In this document: positions 36,287-48,759 of the stretch, piece by piece
How positions within the stretch are numbered: position 1 is the first letter of the stretch
Layout: each line of letters begins with the position of its first letter
From: Felis catus
Taxonomy: Eukaryota
Length of the DNA stretch: 64,000 bases
Direction: 5' to 3'
NCBI RefSeq assembly: GCF_018350175.1
Contig: NC_058368.1
Location: 214,088,001-214,152,000, forward strand
Position numbers and translations under genes: made by a program
The notes under the pieces: model-generated
Databases searched by the model: none
What the model saw: the letters and a program-made list of their open reading frames with translations, nothing else
What the model was told of the DNA's origin: nothing

Positions 36287-36288
<2 letters not shown>

Positions 36289-36748
36289 GTTCCTAGTGCC
36301 CCTCTCTTATTTTCCCTCTCACTCCAACACATACACTTTGGAGGAAAATATTAATACATAAATGCAGGCATTTGAGACATGATGACTCAAATGGCAGAAA
36401 TTTTTAAAATTATGTTTCTCAGTAGCCAATGGACTTTTCCCAAAATGTGTTTCTCTTCAAAGGTAAAAAATATATTGGATATAATATTCTTATATTGACT
36501 CCTAGGATCTAAAAAGTTAAAGTTATATCTTTATAAAACAGATAGTTTGCTTGAGAGAGGGACTATTTTTCTGTTCAAATTCTTAACTCTCAAGAATCCT
36601 GTATGTACTCAATAAATAAAAGACTAAACTGAATTCCATAACCTGCTCATATAACTCAGGTGAGTGATTCTAGGAGAGGAAATTATGAGCTCATTTGTTT
36701 ATTATTTTTCTTGGATGGGAACAAGCTTATAAGTTATGATTTGAACAC

Positions 36749-36769
36749 TTTTTCTTTTTCTTTTTTTCC

Positions 36770-36820
<51 letters not shown>

Positions 36821-36835
36821 CTTTCTCTTCTTCTT
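36749..36835. repeat. (TTTC)n tetranucleotide microsatellite
   Basis: Visible. Confidence 0.95.
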
Positions 36836-37707
36836 GCTTTAAGGGAACAATGAAGCAATCAAGAAAGAGAAATGTGTACTGTCTGGATGGCCACACTGGG
36901 GAAACTGTTCTCACGGTTAGTGCTGTGCTCATAGAACTCCAATTCCTAAGCATTTATGTGATTGTTTTATTTGCCTACATGTCTGAAATACTTTCTGCTA
37001 CCCCAGTATCTTCATAATGTATAAGGGAAGAGTATTAGTCTCAATCACATCAAAAAGGCTGGACTCCAGCCCCAGCTTTGGCACTCTGCTGATAGTGACA
37101 CTGGTCTCTTAAACCCTCTGGGACTGTTTTGTCATACCCAAAAGGATTTAATCCTGCCTAACTGGAAATGTGCTTATGCGGTCATTCAAAGGGTGCTCGT
37201 ATGCTGAAGCACTTCATAAACCATAGCACCTGCTAAAAATATAAGAAAACATGATCATTGCTCTTTCTCTCATTACAAATTTTCTGCCTGCCAAGGAGTG
37301 ATTTCTTTGTGTTATGTCTTCTATTCTGTCTCTCCCCTTTCTTTAGAAATTACTTGATGGTTTGCCATCTTAGTAAGGTTCCAACTACTGCATTATCATT
37401 TTAAAACTCAAGAAAGTGACGTGTAGACCTGTTGAAAGGGAGATAAAATGGAATATAATACTACCACTCAAATTGACCAAGTCACTTAATTTTCTTGATT
37501 TGGTTTTAAAACTGTTTTCCTTTAAGAAGCGGGTGGATAGGTGATCACCAAAATCATAGCCTTTGCACAAGTTAAATAGCTCCTCCCTTTTTATTCTTTT
37601 TACATAATACGCATAGTTGGGAAGCTGGACAGAACACTCAAGATACAAATCAACTCGTTACAAGGAGAATTTTTTTCCTTTCTTTTTACTGTATCCATAT
37701 AAGAAGG

Positions 37708-37815
37708 TGGATGCTGAGCCTAATCATTTCACAGTATATGTAAATCAAACCATCATGCCTTACACCTGAAACTTAGTGATGTACGTCAATTATTTCAGTA
37801 AAAGTGGAGAAAAAA
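37708..37815 (+). mobile_element. L1 3'-end fragment
   Basis: TAATCATTTCACAGTATATGTAAATCAAACCATCATG...TACACCTGAAACTTA...GTCAATTA...AAAA. Confidence 0.7.
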
Positions 37816-37838
37816 GATACACTAGGGTAGGAAGGTAA

Positions 37839-38049
37839 TTTTTTTTAATGTTTATTTATTTTTGAGAGAGAGAGGGAGTGTGAGAGCGAGCGGGGGAGGG
37901 ACAAAGAAAGAGGGAGACACAGAATCCGAAACAGGCTCCAGGCTCCAAGCTGTCAGCACAGAACCTGACATGGGGCTCAAACTCACAAACTGTGAGATCA
38001 TGACCTGAGCCGGTCAGAGGCTTACCTGACTGAGCCACCCAGGCGCCCC
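37839..38049 (-). mobile_element. Can-SINE
   Basis: Reverse head TGAGCCACCCAGGCGCCCC; AGGTAATTTTTT flanks. Confidence 0.94.
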
Positions 38050-39979
38050 TAGGGAGGTAATTTTTTATAGTCCATTCTGCTTTACTTGATTTCTAAAGGG
38101 AAAGTTTGCTTTCCAGAGGGTATTTACCCTAAGTAGGGGGGGGGAGGGGCAAGAAGCCTTAGGCTATAGATTAAGTAAGGAAATGAGCCAGAATCTTACT
38201 CTTCACAATTTGTGGAAAGAAAATAATAAAACATGCTAAAATTTTGCATAACTCTATGTAAAAGCAGACTTTTTTTTTGCATCTTCTCTTTCCTGTTTCT
38301 CTTCTGAATTATACTCATATAAATAGTAGAAAGAGTTAAGATGAGATTACTTTCCAGAAATGATTGTTTTTCCTCCAAGAACTCAAAATATGTTGATTAG
38401 GAGAATGTATAGTTGGTAAAAAAAAAAATTAGTCATTATATAGAATTTTTCTCTCCCTGTATTTTCACATTTTTCTCCATAGTTGATTTTTATGTGAATT
38501 GTTGCAATCAACATTTTCAGGTCTTAAATGACTTCTTTTTTACCAGGCACTTGAATTGTCTGCACAATGTAGTTTCCTAGGAATTTTAAGAAAAATGTGC
38601 TTTCTATTGGTCAACTCTTGCTTTTCCCCATTCTGTTTCAAACTTTCTTCTACTGAGACCCTGAATGTGTCTGGTTTTCATTTGTAAAGGTCTTAAAAGA
38701 ACCAACTTTTATGCTATGTTATTATTTGCTGTATCTTCCCTTTTTATCTCTCTTGTTTATGCACATACAACTGTGTTGTCTTCAGTTTCTCTGGCTTGCA
38801 CTAAGGTACCTTGAACTTTTTTCCTACTATATCATAAAATATTTGTGTCATTTTGATGTGAAATTTCCAGAGGTAGCTTCCATGGAAAGACATACTAAAT
38901 TTGGTTTATATGTTTACTACCTAATATATCCTTGAACTTTAAAGACTTTAGATTTTCAGTTGTCAACCCAATGACAGAAAGCACTATCAGTGATATCCAT
39001 ATCAAACCATGCACACCTATAAACTGGGAAACACTTTTAAATTACATGGCAGGTTTTTATCTCTTCCGTCATTGCAGCTTAATTCAAGTAATATTTGTCT
39101 GTTTCTATGGTGCAAATCTGTCCCAGGCACTTTTAAGGACACAAAGATGAATAAAACATGTAGGCTAGGGTCTTGCAGATTTTACCAAGATACAAGTACG
39201 TGAAGATTTAAATTAAATATCTAAAGTACTAATTAAAAGAGGAGTCCTGGGACTCAATATAAAACACTACTCAATATACTGAAGGTCAAAGTTGAACTTT
39301 AAACAAAGAATTAATTATTTTGCTCTTAAAAAGGTGAAGCGTTCAGGGTAAGAAATTAAATCAAGAGTGATGTTTCCCTCAGTAAAACTTTGGTTCAATA
39401 CTATAAGGAGATTATGATATTAACTCCAACCTAACAACTTAATTATGACTACCAACTTAAAACTTGAGTATTCTTTAAGTGCGGTAGTCATTTTTTGCAT
39501 TGCTGGATGCATTAAAGTTTGTATTGGAAAAAATAACGACACCCGATCAGAGTCTTAACATTTCGCAGCAATTTAAATAATATTAACTCCAAATTGTGGT
39601 GTAAAGTGATGATGTTTTCAAATGAAATAATAAATCGCCTTAATAGGAGGGTCTACAGAAGTTACCAGGATTGTCATATAACGGGACTTGTAGTGCACAT
39701 TTTATTTTTAGTTTGGTTGGGATAATAAAGAAGACTTCGTATTTTTATGTATGCGTAGTTCTCTGAACTGTTGGTGATGAGTCATTTCTGCAGCTGCCTT
39801 AGCTGCTTGGCACCATCTCCTGGCCCATAATACTTGACTTCACAGAAGGAGACTGCACATTAGCGGGATAATCCCCTGGGTAACTTTGGTTCTTCCTTTT
39901 CTTCACTGTTCCTGTTCTTTGAAGGCTCACTGGATTGCAGCGTGCCTTTCCTTCTTCCATCGTCTTCCCTTTGTGAGTA

Positions 39980-40165
39980 GGATGTGCCAGACCCCGTTCT
40001 AAGCCCTTTCTGTGTATTAATTTATTTAATCCTCACCTCAATAACTTTCTTACTCCTTCATGTAACAGTTGAAGAAATGGGGGACAGGGAGGTTAAATAA
40101 CTTGCCCTGTATTACCCAGGTGGTCACCGTGGAGCTGGGGCTCAGACACAAGCAGCCTCCTTTGC
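39980..40165 (-). mobile_element. MIR
   Basis: ATTTAATCCTCAC...GAAGAAATGGGGGACAGGGAGGTTAAATAACTTGCCC. Confidence 0.7.
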
Positions 40166-40451
40166 TATTAACTTTACACTCTCTAGTGCATAATTGTTGA
40201 ATGAATGAAAAGCATTTCTCTCCAAATGTATTCAAAAATGTCAAAGCCGAGATAACTTCTTCAATTGCCTTCTTAACTCCAATCTCTGTTCCCTCTAGTC
40301 AGCATTAAATCCCACATGCAGAGTGATATTTCAGGCTTTTTGTTATGCCCCCATTACTGCCCTCAGGTCTTCTAAAACATACTAATTCACCTAAAATATT
40401 TATTCATATATTTCACACATGTATACATTTCAATCTTCTAAAATGCCTCTT

Positions 40452-40484
40452 TGTGTGTGTGTATGTGTGTGTGTGTGTGTGTGT
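40452..40484. repeat. (TG)n microsatellite
   Basis: Visible. Confidence 0.95.
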
Positions 40485-43400
40485 ATTCTTTGTGAATGGA
40501 AAGCCGGAAGCAATTATAACTATATTCCTGGTGAAATATTTTGGCATGCTGCTTTTCTTTTTATTTCACATCACATAATTTCAAATTTGATTCCTCATAT
40601 TGACCTTTGAGAGTATCTATTCCTTCTACTTATTTATCAGTAATAGCAATAAGAAAAAAACCTCTTTGTCTTACGGGGAATTCTGTACTTTCTTTCAACC
40701 TCCTCTTTAATTCCAGACAGAAAGCTAGGTTTGCAAAGAATATTGATATATTTTTGCCTACTTATGAGGATTATATTATGTTGTCATTTTAATAATTGAC
40801 AAGGTAAAAGCTTATAGGAAAGTGGAATTTGCTAGTAGTGGCCAAATCTATACACAAAGAGATGCCTTCTTGAGATTCCAATGACACATTAACATCCATA
40901 CATAATCTCTAAATTTCATGAAGGTTATCAAAGGCAGAACCCCTGTCAAAAACTTGTTTATTTTTGATAAAAGAGAGAACATAAGGAAGGCATCTTTTAA
41001 TTTTGACAAGAGATGGAAGGCCTTCTAAAAGTTAAACTTATAATTCTGCTTACAATATATATGTCCTTGGCTTCTCATATTTAAATGAATGTGCCAGTTC
41101 TGTCATTCAAATCAATGGAAATGAAAAAAAATCAGTGGTTTAAGTATCTTTTTACTGTTGATTACCAATAAGTCAAGAATATTTATCTGATTTTTGGAAT
41201 AAAATTCAGTCAAAATGATAATTAAGGATTTTGATTTGAAAAGAAATGTAAACTGCGGTGTTGGCGTTTTGCATATTCATATTTCCATCTGCTATGGTGG
41301 ACCCATAATATGACAAAAAACAAAGAATTCTGCTGCAAATCAAGTGTTTATATTGTTTAATAATAGTACAAACAAGTAAGGTAATGAGTAAACAAATACT
41401 TAGCCATGTCTATAATATAGATTGGAGGGAATTTGTTATAATGAACATGTAGCATCTCTATAACCTTCTAACAACCTCTAGATCTGTTCGACTTGTGGAG
41501 TACGGAGGTAAAATAGCTCAGTGGGAACAAATAGGACCCGAATCCTTAACTCTCTCATATTCACCTTGATCCCTCCATTTCGTTCAACAAATTGAATTGC
41601 CAGCAGGAGGACATAGGATTCCACAGACATAATGACGTGGAAGTTGGAGGATTTGGGATTGGGTCCTTCTTTTTCTTTCTATATTTTACTCTACTTGTGT
41701 GACCCAGGCAATTGAACAGTTGCCTTTGGGTTTATGACCAAGGTCAGGCATTCTAACTGTGCTGTTCTCCACACGAGCGACTATGTGGAGAGTTTAAGAT
41801 TCAGAAAGAGAACTGCTGTTACACAGGACATCTTAGCATCAAATAGCAAATTGAAGCTTTTGTCATTAAGAAAGGGAAATCAGGTGGTGACAGGGAAACA
41901 CAATGAGGATTACTGCCAATATTGGCAGTTGGGAAGTTACTTTTGAAACATTTTTAAAAAGTACATTCAACCAGCGAGTGCACGGTCTCTTAAATACACT
42001 AACCAATTGAAATATAAAAATGTTAAATGGCTGAACATTAAATTTAAATGATGAAGAAGAAAGATGTGCCCAAGGCACTTGTCCTGACTCAGGGAGAAAA
42101 GATTATTGCAGGTCATTGAACCAGAATAGAAGTTTAGAGAAGGTTATCAAGGGAAATAAAAAGAAAAGACACATTTTCATCACAATGACCAAAAAGACTG
42201 CTAATTGCATATCTAATTTTAAAATGCTCACATGTAACTATTTTGAATATCACTGATGTATTCTGAAAATTAAGATCAAGGAAAAGTAAAAGCATTGTGC
42301 ATTATAATAATGCAAACATATTTGTGTAGCTCTTTGAAACTAGTCTTAACATTTTTTTTTCCTCTCTACCCTTGGGTTTCACACAGCAGGTTCTCAGCAG
42401 ATATTTGTGGTATTGAGCCAGACGCAATCACTGAATGCCAAAGCGTGTTCTGGGAATGTTTTTCATTTGTGCCTTGCAATGGCTCTGTGAAGTAGTGGAT
42501 GTACAGGGGAAGGAAAATAACTGAGCTGTTACGAGGTCAGACAGACGCTGACCGCCAAGTCTAGCAGGCAAATACTTGAGTGCTCTGAGCCTTGGTTTAC
42601 TCATCTGTAAGACAGGGATCTAAATCGCATCTAGTCTGTAGGGTTGTTGTGAAATTCCAAGGAGTTAATACATCTGAAGCAGTGAGCAGCGTGTCTGGAA
42701 CAAAGTAAGGCTCAGTAAATGTTAGCTGTGACGATGCTTTAATCTGATGCTGCTGTTTCAAGCGGCAGTCGTTAAATGGCTTCTTTGAATCACCTGTCAA
42801 ATTAGCGCGAGGAGGTTTCTGCTCTTCAATTTATGATCTTTTCAGAAAAAAATTGGAATACAAGAAAGCAATATTTTAATGATAGCATCTTTTAAATGGT
42901 CTTTCAGAATGAGTATAATATTGCTTCATGTTTACTGAATTTGGATCATGTAATTATAGGAATAAATAATTGTTCATTCCTAATTTTAAAGGTGTGTATG
43001 GCTGACACTTTTATTTTTATGGGCCGTTAAGACATTACTGTCTAATTATCCTGAGACTAGTGGCTTTGCTGAATTGGGTAGACATTAATTTTAAGGACTC
43101 AAGAGAAAGGCATGTTAGGAAGACCTGTACATTAGAACCTCAAGTAAAACCCAAATTTTCATGGTGTTTAAAAAAGCACAGCATATCTATTTTTGGTGGG
43201 GGGGAAACTCCACAAGAGAAAACCATCATCACCTTCCAAAAAGGTAACATCAGAAAATATCTATGAAAATACACAGCTTGTCAAATTTCATAAAAACAGA
43301 TCTCCTGGTATGCTACTAAAAATAGAAGCTTCTAATGGAGCTTCATCTTATGTATACACTGTGTGGAAGGAGAGGATAGAGAACACTGTGAAGAACAAAA

Positions 43401-44117
43401 TGGAGGAGACAGGGAATTAAACACTGTTGTGGACTGTTTAATGATCAGGTGCAAATCTTTTGCCTAAAACTGTGCAAAGGTCTGAGCTTGAAATATATTC
43501 ATCTTTGTATTAATGATTGGCCGCATCTTCAAAATCTAATCTATCTCTACTATGTTCTTCTTTTCTTATTAAACCTAATCTTAGACTATATGTGAATCAT
43601 CACCAAGGAATTGCTACATTATATAAAGCTGGCAGGAGGGGTGTGGGGTTTTCTGAAAATGTGGAATTACAATGTTTCCCCCTTATTTTCCTATTAAGTT
43701 TACATAAGCCAAAGATAACCCAGATGGATATCATATAAAAGCAAATACTCTTCCTGTTCCCCCTTGACATGAAAACATGTATCACTTTCCATTTTGCCAG
43801 CATTGGTGACATTTCCACTCTCCTGACTGTCCAGTCTTGAAATCTCTGTCTGAACTTCTGCCTTTCTCTCTTTTGGCTTCTGCATCTAATTAATTGGGAA
43901 GTCCTGCTAATTCTCCCTCTGAGGTATGAGCTCACACCTGCTGTTCCTTTAAGAGTGCTTCCAATATTATCACCTCCTTTAGAAAGCTCTACTGAGCCCC
44001 ACACCCAGTTGGCTCCTCTCCTTCATAGTTCCACAGTACTTTCTAGAGGCCCATTTTATCACTGAACTTGCCACGTTTTGTTATAGTCATTGCCAGTGAT
44101 AATGCTGCGAACTGAAG

Positions 44118-44357
44118 CAGTGGTTGTCAAATTCCGCCACATATTAGAATCATAAACAATTAAAAAACCAACTCAGTCAGAATTTCGGGGTAGGTGAGAC
44201 CCTGGCCAAGGCATTTTTAAAAGCAGCACTTTTCAAATGTTAATATGCATACAATTCACCGGGGATCTTGTTGAAATGTAGATTACGATTCAAGAGATCT
44301 CAGGTGGGGCCCCAAGAGTCTGCATTTCTAACAAGCTCCCAGGTGGCACTGATGCTG
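44118..44357. mobile_element. MER5-family hAT relics
   Basis: CAGTGGTTGTCAAA...TTAGAATCA and TCTGCATTTCTAACAAGCTCCCAGGTGGCACTGATGCTG. Confidence 0.7.
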
Positions 44358-45175
44358 TTTATGCTAACTCTGCTACAAGCTGCCCCCAGATGGTCATGTA
44401 TTTTAGAAAAGAAATCGTATTCTTTATCTGTATCTGTATGTATATCTGTATCTTGAGCTCACAAACTCTTACCCAATACAGACAACATCTTCCCTCCCTG
44501 TTGCCCACACCTTCCACCACCATTTTTAGGTGAGTAGAGGTGTGGAGACTTTTCTCATAAATCAGAATCCAGATTGTCAATATTTCAGCTCTAATTGGCC
44601 TTCCCCACTTTTATTCCCAGTAAGTGCCTCTCTCCCTAGCCCTGCCGTGCCCATGCTTCTGCATTAATCTTACTGGCCACAGGACACAGTGAAATGCTGG
44701 GGAGCATTCAGACAGCTTATCGGAGAGAGGTCCAAGTTTTGAATGTGATCTTATCTATTCACCTCATTGTTACCCGAGCCTCAGGATTCTGTCTTCTCTT
44801 GTGCTCATGTGACTCTCCCTCTTTTCTCCTTCCACACCCGACAGCCCTCTGCTCCCACCCATTCTCACATTTCCCTCACTCACCATCCTCACTGTTGTCC
44901 CTACAGACTTACCACAAAGTAATGGAAACAACGAACATCAATACAAATATAAACAGATGCTTGTAGAGTAAAAAACTCTTCTACTTTAAGTGCTACTTGC
45001 TCAGCTGCATTACTTTTTCTTCGTTAACACTTCTGTCCTTTACAAGTACAGACCAATCCTTTTCATTTCAGGCCCAGAGGATGGACTCTAAGTAATGTTA
45101 TTTCATTAGGCTAATAGCAAGATTTAAGGTTCTATTGGCCTTTGTACACCTTTAAGTGCCAACCTACCTACAGTC

Positions 45176-45705
45176 CAGTGCTGTCCACAGTGCATGCTGA
45201 GGCATCCTGGGGTGTAGCAGGGAACCCACTGTGGTGCCAGGAAGTATTTTAACATTGCGAGGGAAATACTAGCAACACTTGGGCTCTGTGAGTCTCCTTG
45301 TGAATTACTAGGCCAGAGAAGTTAACAGTTTCAACAGTAGGTGGTGCTCCATTCCTTTCGATGATGTCATATATTTATATTTTCCCATCGAACTTGTGAT
45401 AATAAGAGAGTACAATGCAAAATCAATGTGGAAAAGGAACTGAGGGGCAGCGTCTGATCTTAGAAGTTGTACAGTGCCTGGGAGATGCCCACATGCTGTA
45501 AGTAACTGTGGTTATTTATGAATAAAATTAAAATATTGGTTTTTCTGCTGATTGCTGTGTATTTTTTTTCAAATAACTACTTATTTGTTAGAACATAAAT
45601 ACCTGTTAAGTTGTTTGGCTCTATTTCTTGTGTCCTAAGGGCACTGTAAAAACAATTATTGAAATATCAAGGGCACTGCAAACCAAGAATGTTTTGGAAC
45701 CTCTG
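45176..45705. mobile_element. hAT-Charlie-like DNA-transposon relic, family uncertain
   Basis: Degenerate terminal inverted ends CAGTGCTGTCCACA and TTTTGGAACCTCTG. Confidence 0.45.
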
Positions 45706-45815
45706 CTATAGTTTAATCTTTTTTTTTTTTTTTTTCCAAAAGTTTCTTGACCTTGTGGATCCAGATCATCACATCAGGTATGTGTTTTGTTCCATATCTA
45801 TTTAAAAGTGGACCA

Positions 45816-45990
45816 GGGGCTCCTGGGTGGCTCCTCAGTTGGGCATCTGATTCTTGATTTCAGCTCAGGTCATGATCCCAGGGTTGTGGGATCCACACTG
45901 TCAGGCTCCACGCTGAGTGTGGAGCCTGCTCAAGATTCTCTCTTCTCCCTCTGCCCCTCCCCACTCTGTCTCTCTCTCAAAAAAAAAAAA
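45816..45990 (+). mobile_element. Can-SINE (older subfamily)
   Basis: GGGGCTCCTGGGTGGC head, GGTCATGATCCCAGGGTTGTGGGATC body, A tail. Confidence 0.9.
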
Positions 45991-48402
45991 TGTGTACCAA
46001 CTTGTTGCCACAGAAGGAACAAACATTTTTTTCCCTTAAAAAATTATTTTGGCCTATTCTTAATTGTGATAAAAACACATTATACTCAAATCCTTTTGCC
46101 TGTTGATGAAGCATAACCCCAAAGATAGATTTGGGGAAATGCCCTATTTACAGTCTTAAACACATCTGAAGCAGCAATGCTGGGAATCATGACAACTTCA
46201 ATTATTGCCCTTGCTTCCCCCCCCCCCCCCGCCCCAGTAGATATCTTCTTATATGTTATAACTTCAAGGAGGTGGGGGTGGGGTAGGGATGATGGTAAGA
46301 TAGGGAAATAGGTCTAGCTGCCAATAAAATACCTACATCCAACTCGTTAAGTTGAAGCTATGATTGGGAAGGGATTTTGCCTCCATCTTCTACCTTTTCC
46401 ATCCATTGGGAGATCCCTTAATTACCTCATTTTACTTCTGCAATGATATAAAAATCAATATTTGTGCATTACAGATAGATTTAGTAGAGTGTTTATAACT
46501 GATCTGCTTGCCAATAATAATACTGTCTTTATGCACCTACTATGTGCCAGCCACTAGTTCCTGTCTCATGTAAGTCCATGCGGCAGGCTTCACTGCCTGC
46601 ATTTTCCAGATGAAGAAACTAAAGCCGGGAAGGTTAACAACCTGCCTTGGCCACACATGTGGCAGTGCAGCCATGCAGCCTCAGATCCACTTGGAGTCCA
46701 CAGCTCGAAACTTTTCCCCGTGGCAATATTACCTCTCAGAATTCTCATGGTAAAATTGATTCCTACGCGGTTTTATCCATTTCTGTTTCCAGAATCCTGA
46801 AATATCCCAGCCTTTCTTTAAGAACACGAAGTATTTTTGATATAAAATGGCCTCACAATTTTAGAAGAAAAAAGCAGAAAGGAAAAAGGGGGAATCAGTT
46901 ATTAAGAAATTTTAATCTTCTATGACAATAATGTTATTTGTATTGCAGAAAGTGCTTTAAAGGTGGTAAGATTATTATTATTATTACTTACAACCATTAC
47001 TCTGTTAATATAGTGCTAGTCAAATTTCACAAGGAAATGGAGAGAAGTACAAATAAGTGGACTGTCTTTTTTCAGCAGTCACACAGAGTGTGAGTTTCAC
47101 ATCAAATTCAAGGCTAAACCCTTGGGGATCTGTGTTGATGTTCACCCCTCCACTGAATACTTCCTCTCCTACTTTATTCCACATTAATAATTCATTCATT
47201 GGAACAATGCCTGGTTACCTCAGCCCAAGCCATGGATGGCTTTCCTTCATTTATAATGGTAAATACTTAAAGAGAATATTTGCACACTGTTATTTAGGGG
47301 ATATTTGATAACAGATTGAAATGTGAATGTGGAGCCCTTGGAATCTGCAAAATTTATTCTGTTTGCATGATATCCTAATATGATTGTTTCAAAATCATAG
47401 CTGTAATCATAAACAAAGACATTTTATCATTTCTGTTATGTTCATTCTCTGTTCATATAAAGGATATGTGACAATTATTTTTCTTATCAGTACCATATTA
47501 TGAAACGCAGAAGCTACAAAATACAAATATGTGTCTATTTGTCCCCCCATCTCTGCCGCATGCAGATATTCTGCAACAAGAATGTAGCTGATGATAACAT
47601 TTCAGTGAAACTCACGATGACAGTATAACTGAGCTGTTTCCCTGACTCAGCTCCAGTAACCTCCAAGGGCTATAATACGTGATGCCCTCCTCACTCTACT
47701 TTCTAGAGTCAATAAAATGGTCAGATGATATTTGGAAATAGCACCTTTACATAACCATGTTTCTCTTTTGTGAACCTTGCCACAATTAAAGCACTATCTT
47801 CTGAAATGCCTGACTCTGGCCAGTTGAAACAAGACAAAACCAGCCATAGCAGCAACAATAACAGCAACCAAATCTAAGGCAATATGGTGGATTTTGCGGA
47901 CAAAGGGCTCCATCTGGTCAGAGAATGGATGGCACTGTCGGGTGCAGGGTTAAGAAGTAGTTAATTTGAACCTGGCCAAAGGACCAACGCTCAGAATGTT
48001 TGCTTTCAGAATCAGAAAAAGGAACCTTCCTTCCCTTACAGCTTAATCGCTCTATTCCTGTTTTTAATACATCCTACTTTATAGAATAGCTGGACCACAT
48101 TTTTCAAGCTAAAGTAAAAATTAAAGGATTTATGATAATCCTATGTGGATGGTTGTGGGCGTTTCGTTTTCAGTGGAAGCATTTCTTTCTTTGTTGCACT
48201 GCTAACATTTCTCAGCTTCTTGCTATAGTCTTCTTCCCGAAACTACTCAAGTGAAAAAAAAAAAAAAAAAAACAAGTCTCACCAGATAAGCAACAATTCT
48301 TACTGTATTGGGGGAATAGTTCACATCCTCCCCGTCTATTTATTAGGAGTAACTTCTTCAGGCTTTAAAACCAGAATGTCAAAGTGCCCAATGGAATCCT
48401 AC

Positions 48403-48630
48403 CTTGCCCACATACTGATAATCGGATCCCGTGTATTCCTCCAGGAGAAAGAACTGATTCCACATCCAGCTTCTTTTCGAACGGTTCAGCTCATTTTTGC
48501 TGTTTCCAGAGAGCTCCAGGGCCCTTTTCTTTGCTGGGAAACCACTAGTCCTCTTAGATAACGGAGTTGAGAAAGTTGGGTAGGGCTGACCAACCCAAAA
48601 GAGTAGAATGAAGTACCGGTAAGTTCTCAT
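48403..48630 (-). CDS. CDH6: Cadherin-6 first coding exon (exon 2): signal peptide, short prodomain, furin site, start of EC1
   Basis: ATG at 48630; [77 protein letters not shown]2/W4 type II cadherin signature; donor AAG|GTAGGA; 228 nt, phase 0. Confidence 0.98.
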
Positions 48631-48759
48631 TCTGATGACACAGTCCACTCTCTGGGCAGTGGGTGCCCTGCTCCTTCAAGTGTCTTTGTTCACTGCACTC
48701 TGTCCAGTGTCATCCCTCCTTTCTTCCTTAATGTTCTTTGCTTGGCTCTCAGAGGATGT
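48631..48759 (-). other. CDH6: 5'UTR portion of CDH6 exon 2
   Basis: Polypyrimidine acceptor ttattctttccAG|ACATCC at 48761-48760, leaving 129 nt before the ATG. Confidence 0.8.
48690..48713 (-). promoter_or_regulatory. Upstream ORF (MTLDRVQ*) in the CDH6 5'UTR
   Basis: ggagggATG ACA CTG GAC AGA GTG CAG TGA; ends 59 nt before the main ATG. Confidence 0.65.

Noticed and set aside
43600..44004. 134-aa minus-strand ORF, the longest in the track
   Set aside because: Lies in L2-like decayed sequence, starts at a non-ATG codon and has no recognisable domain.
48631..48648. N-terminal extension MDCVIR in the ORF track
   Set aside because: It starts at GTG; the ATG at 48630 gives the expected signal peptide.
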